DNA of 64,000 nucleotides from Basidiobolus ranarum (Eukaryota): contig JASJQH010006878.1 of NCBI GenBank assembly GCA_040143965.1, positions 1-64,000 of the forward strand, given 5' to 3'. Under the pieces are notes generated by a model. That model was given only the letters and a program-made list of their open reading frames with translations. It was not told the DNA's origin and ran no database searches. Position 1 is the stretch's first letter. Each line of letters starts with the position of its first letter. The position numbers and the translations under genes are program-made. This document shows, one piece after another, positions 63,879 to 64,000 of this stretch.

Positions 63879-64000
63879 AATACTCACCAATAATTCCTTT
63901 CATTAATTGATTATTTATACTTCTTGATATTTACCCAACATAAAATTTCAACGAACACATTGTATTCTTTGAATCTAGTTTCATTGTGATGAAAAGCAAA

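Overview
Intron-rich, AT-rich eukaryotic DNA, most likely from an early-diverging (non-Dikarya) fungus, possibly Basidiobolus-like. That placement is an inference from gene content and intron style. The window holds about 32 protein genes and one tRNA-Arg(CCT). Housekeeping genes include POL3, TBCC, an RPD3-type HDAC, PITHD1, cyclin B, eIF6, MIC19, calreticulin, MetRS, VMA2, Rap1/Rsr1, SYF1 and RPN10. Hand-splicing reveals features the ORF track misses or fragments. (i) A compact RING plus tandem-BRCT BRCA1 orthologue whose introns appear to match three human BRCA1 positions. (ii) A protein with about 8 tandem homeodomains, five interrupted by an intron at the identical codon. (iii) Three U12-type introns, two of them AT-AC. 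(iv) A centriolar FOR20/CEP20 homologue. (v) A SPATA22-like meiotic OB-fold gene. (vi) An animal-type ERSE motif upstream of calreticulin. (vii) Several small or unknown genes and two minisatellites. No prokaryote-type systems, CRISPR arrays or clear transposons were seen. Homology calls come from remembered motifs, not database searches.
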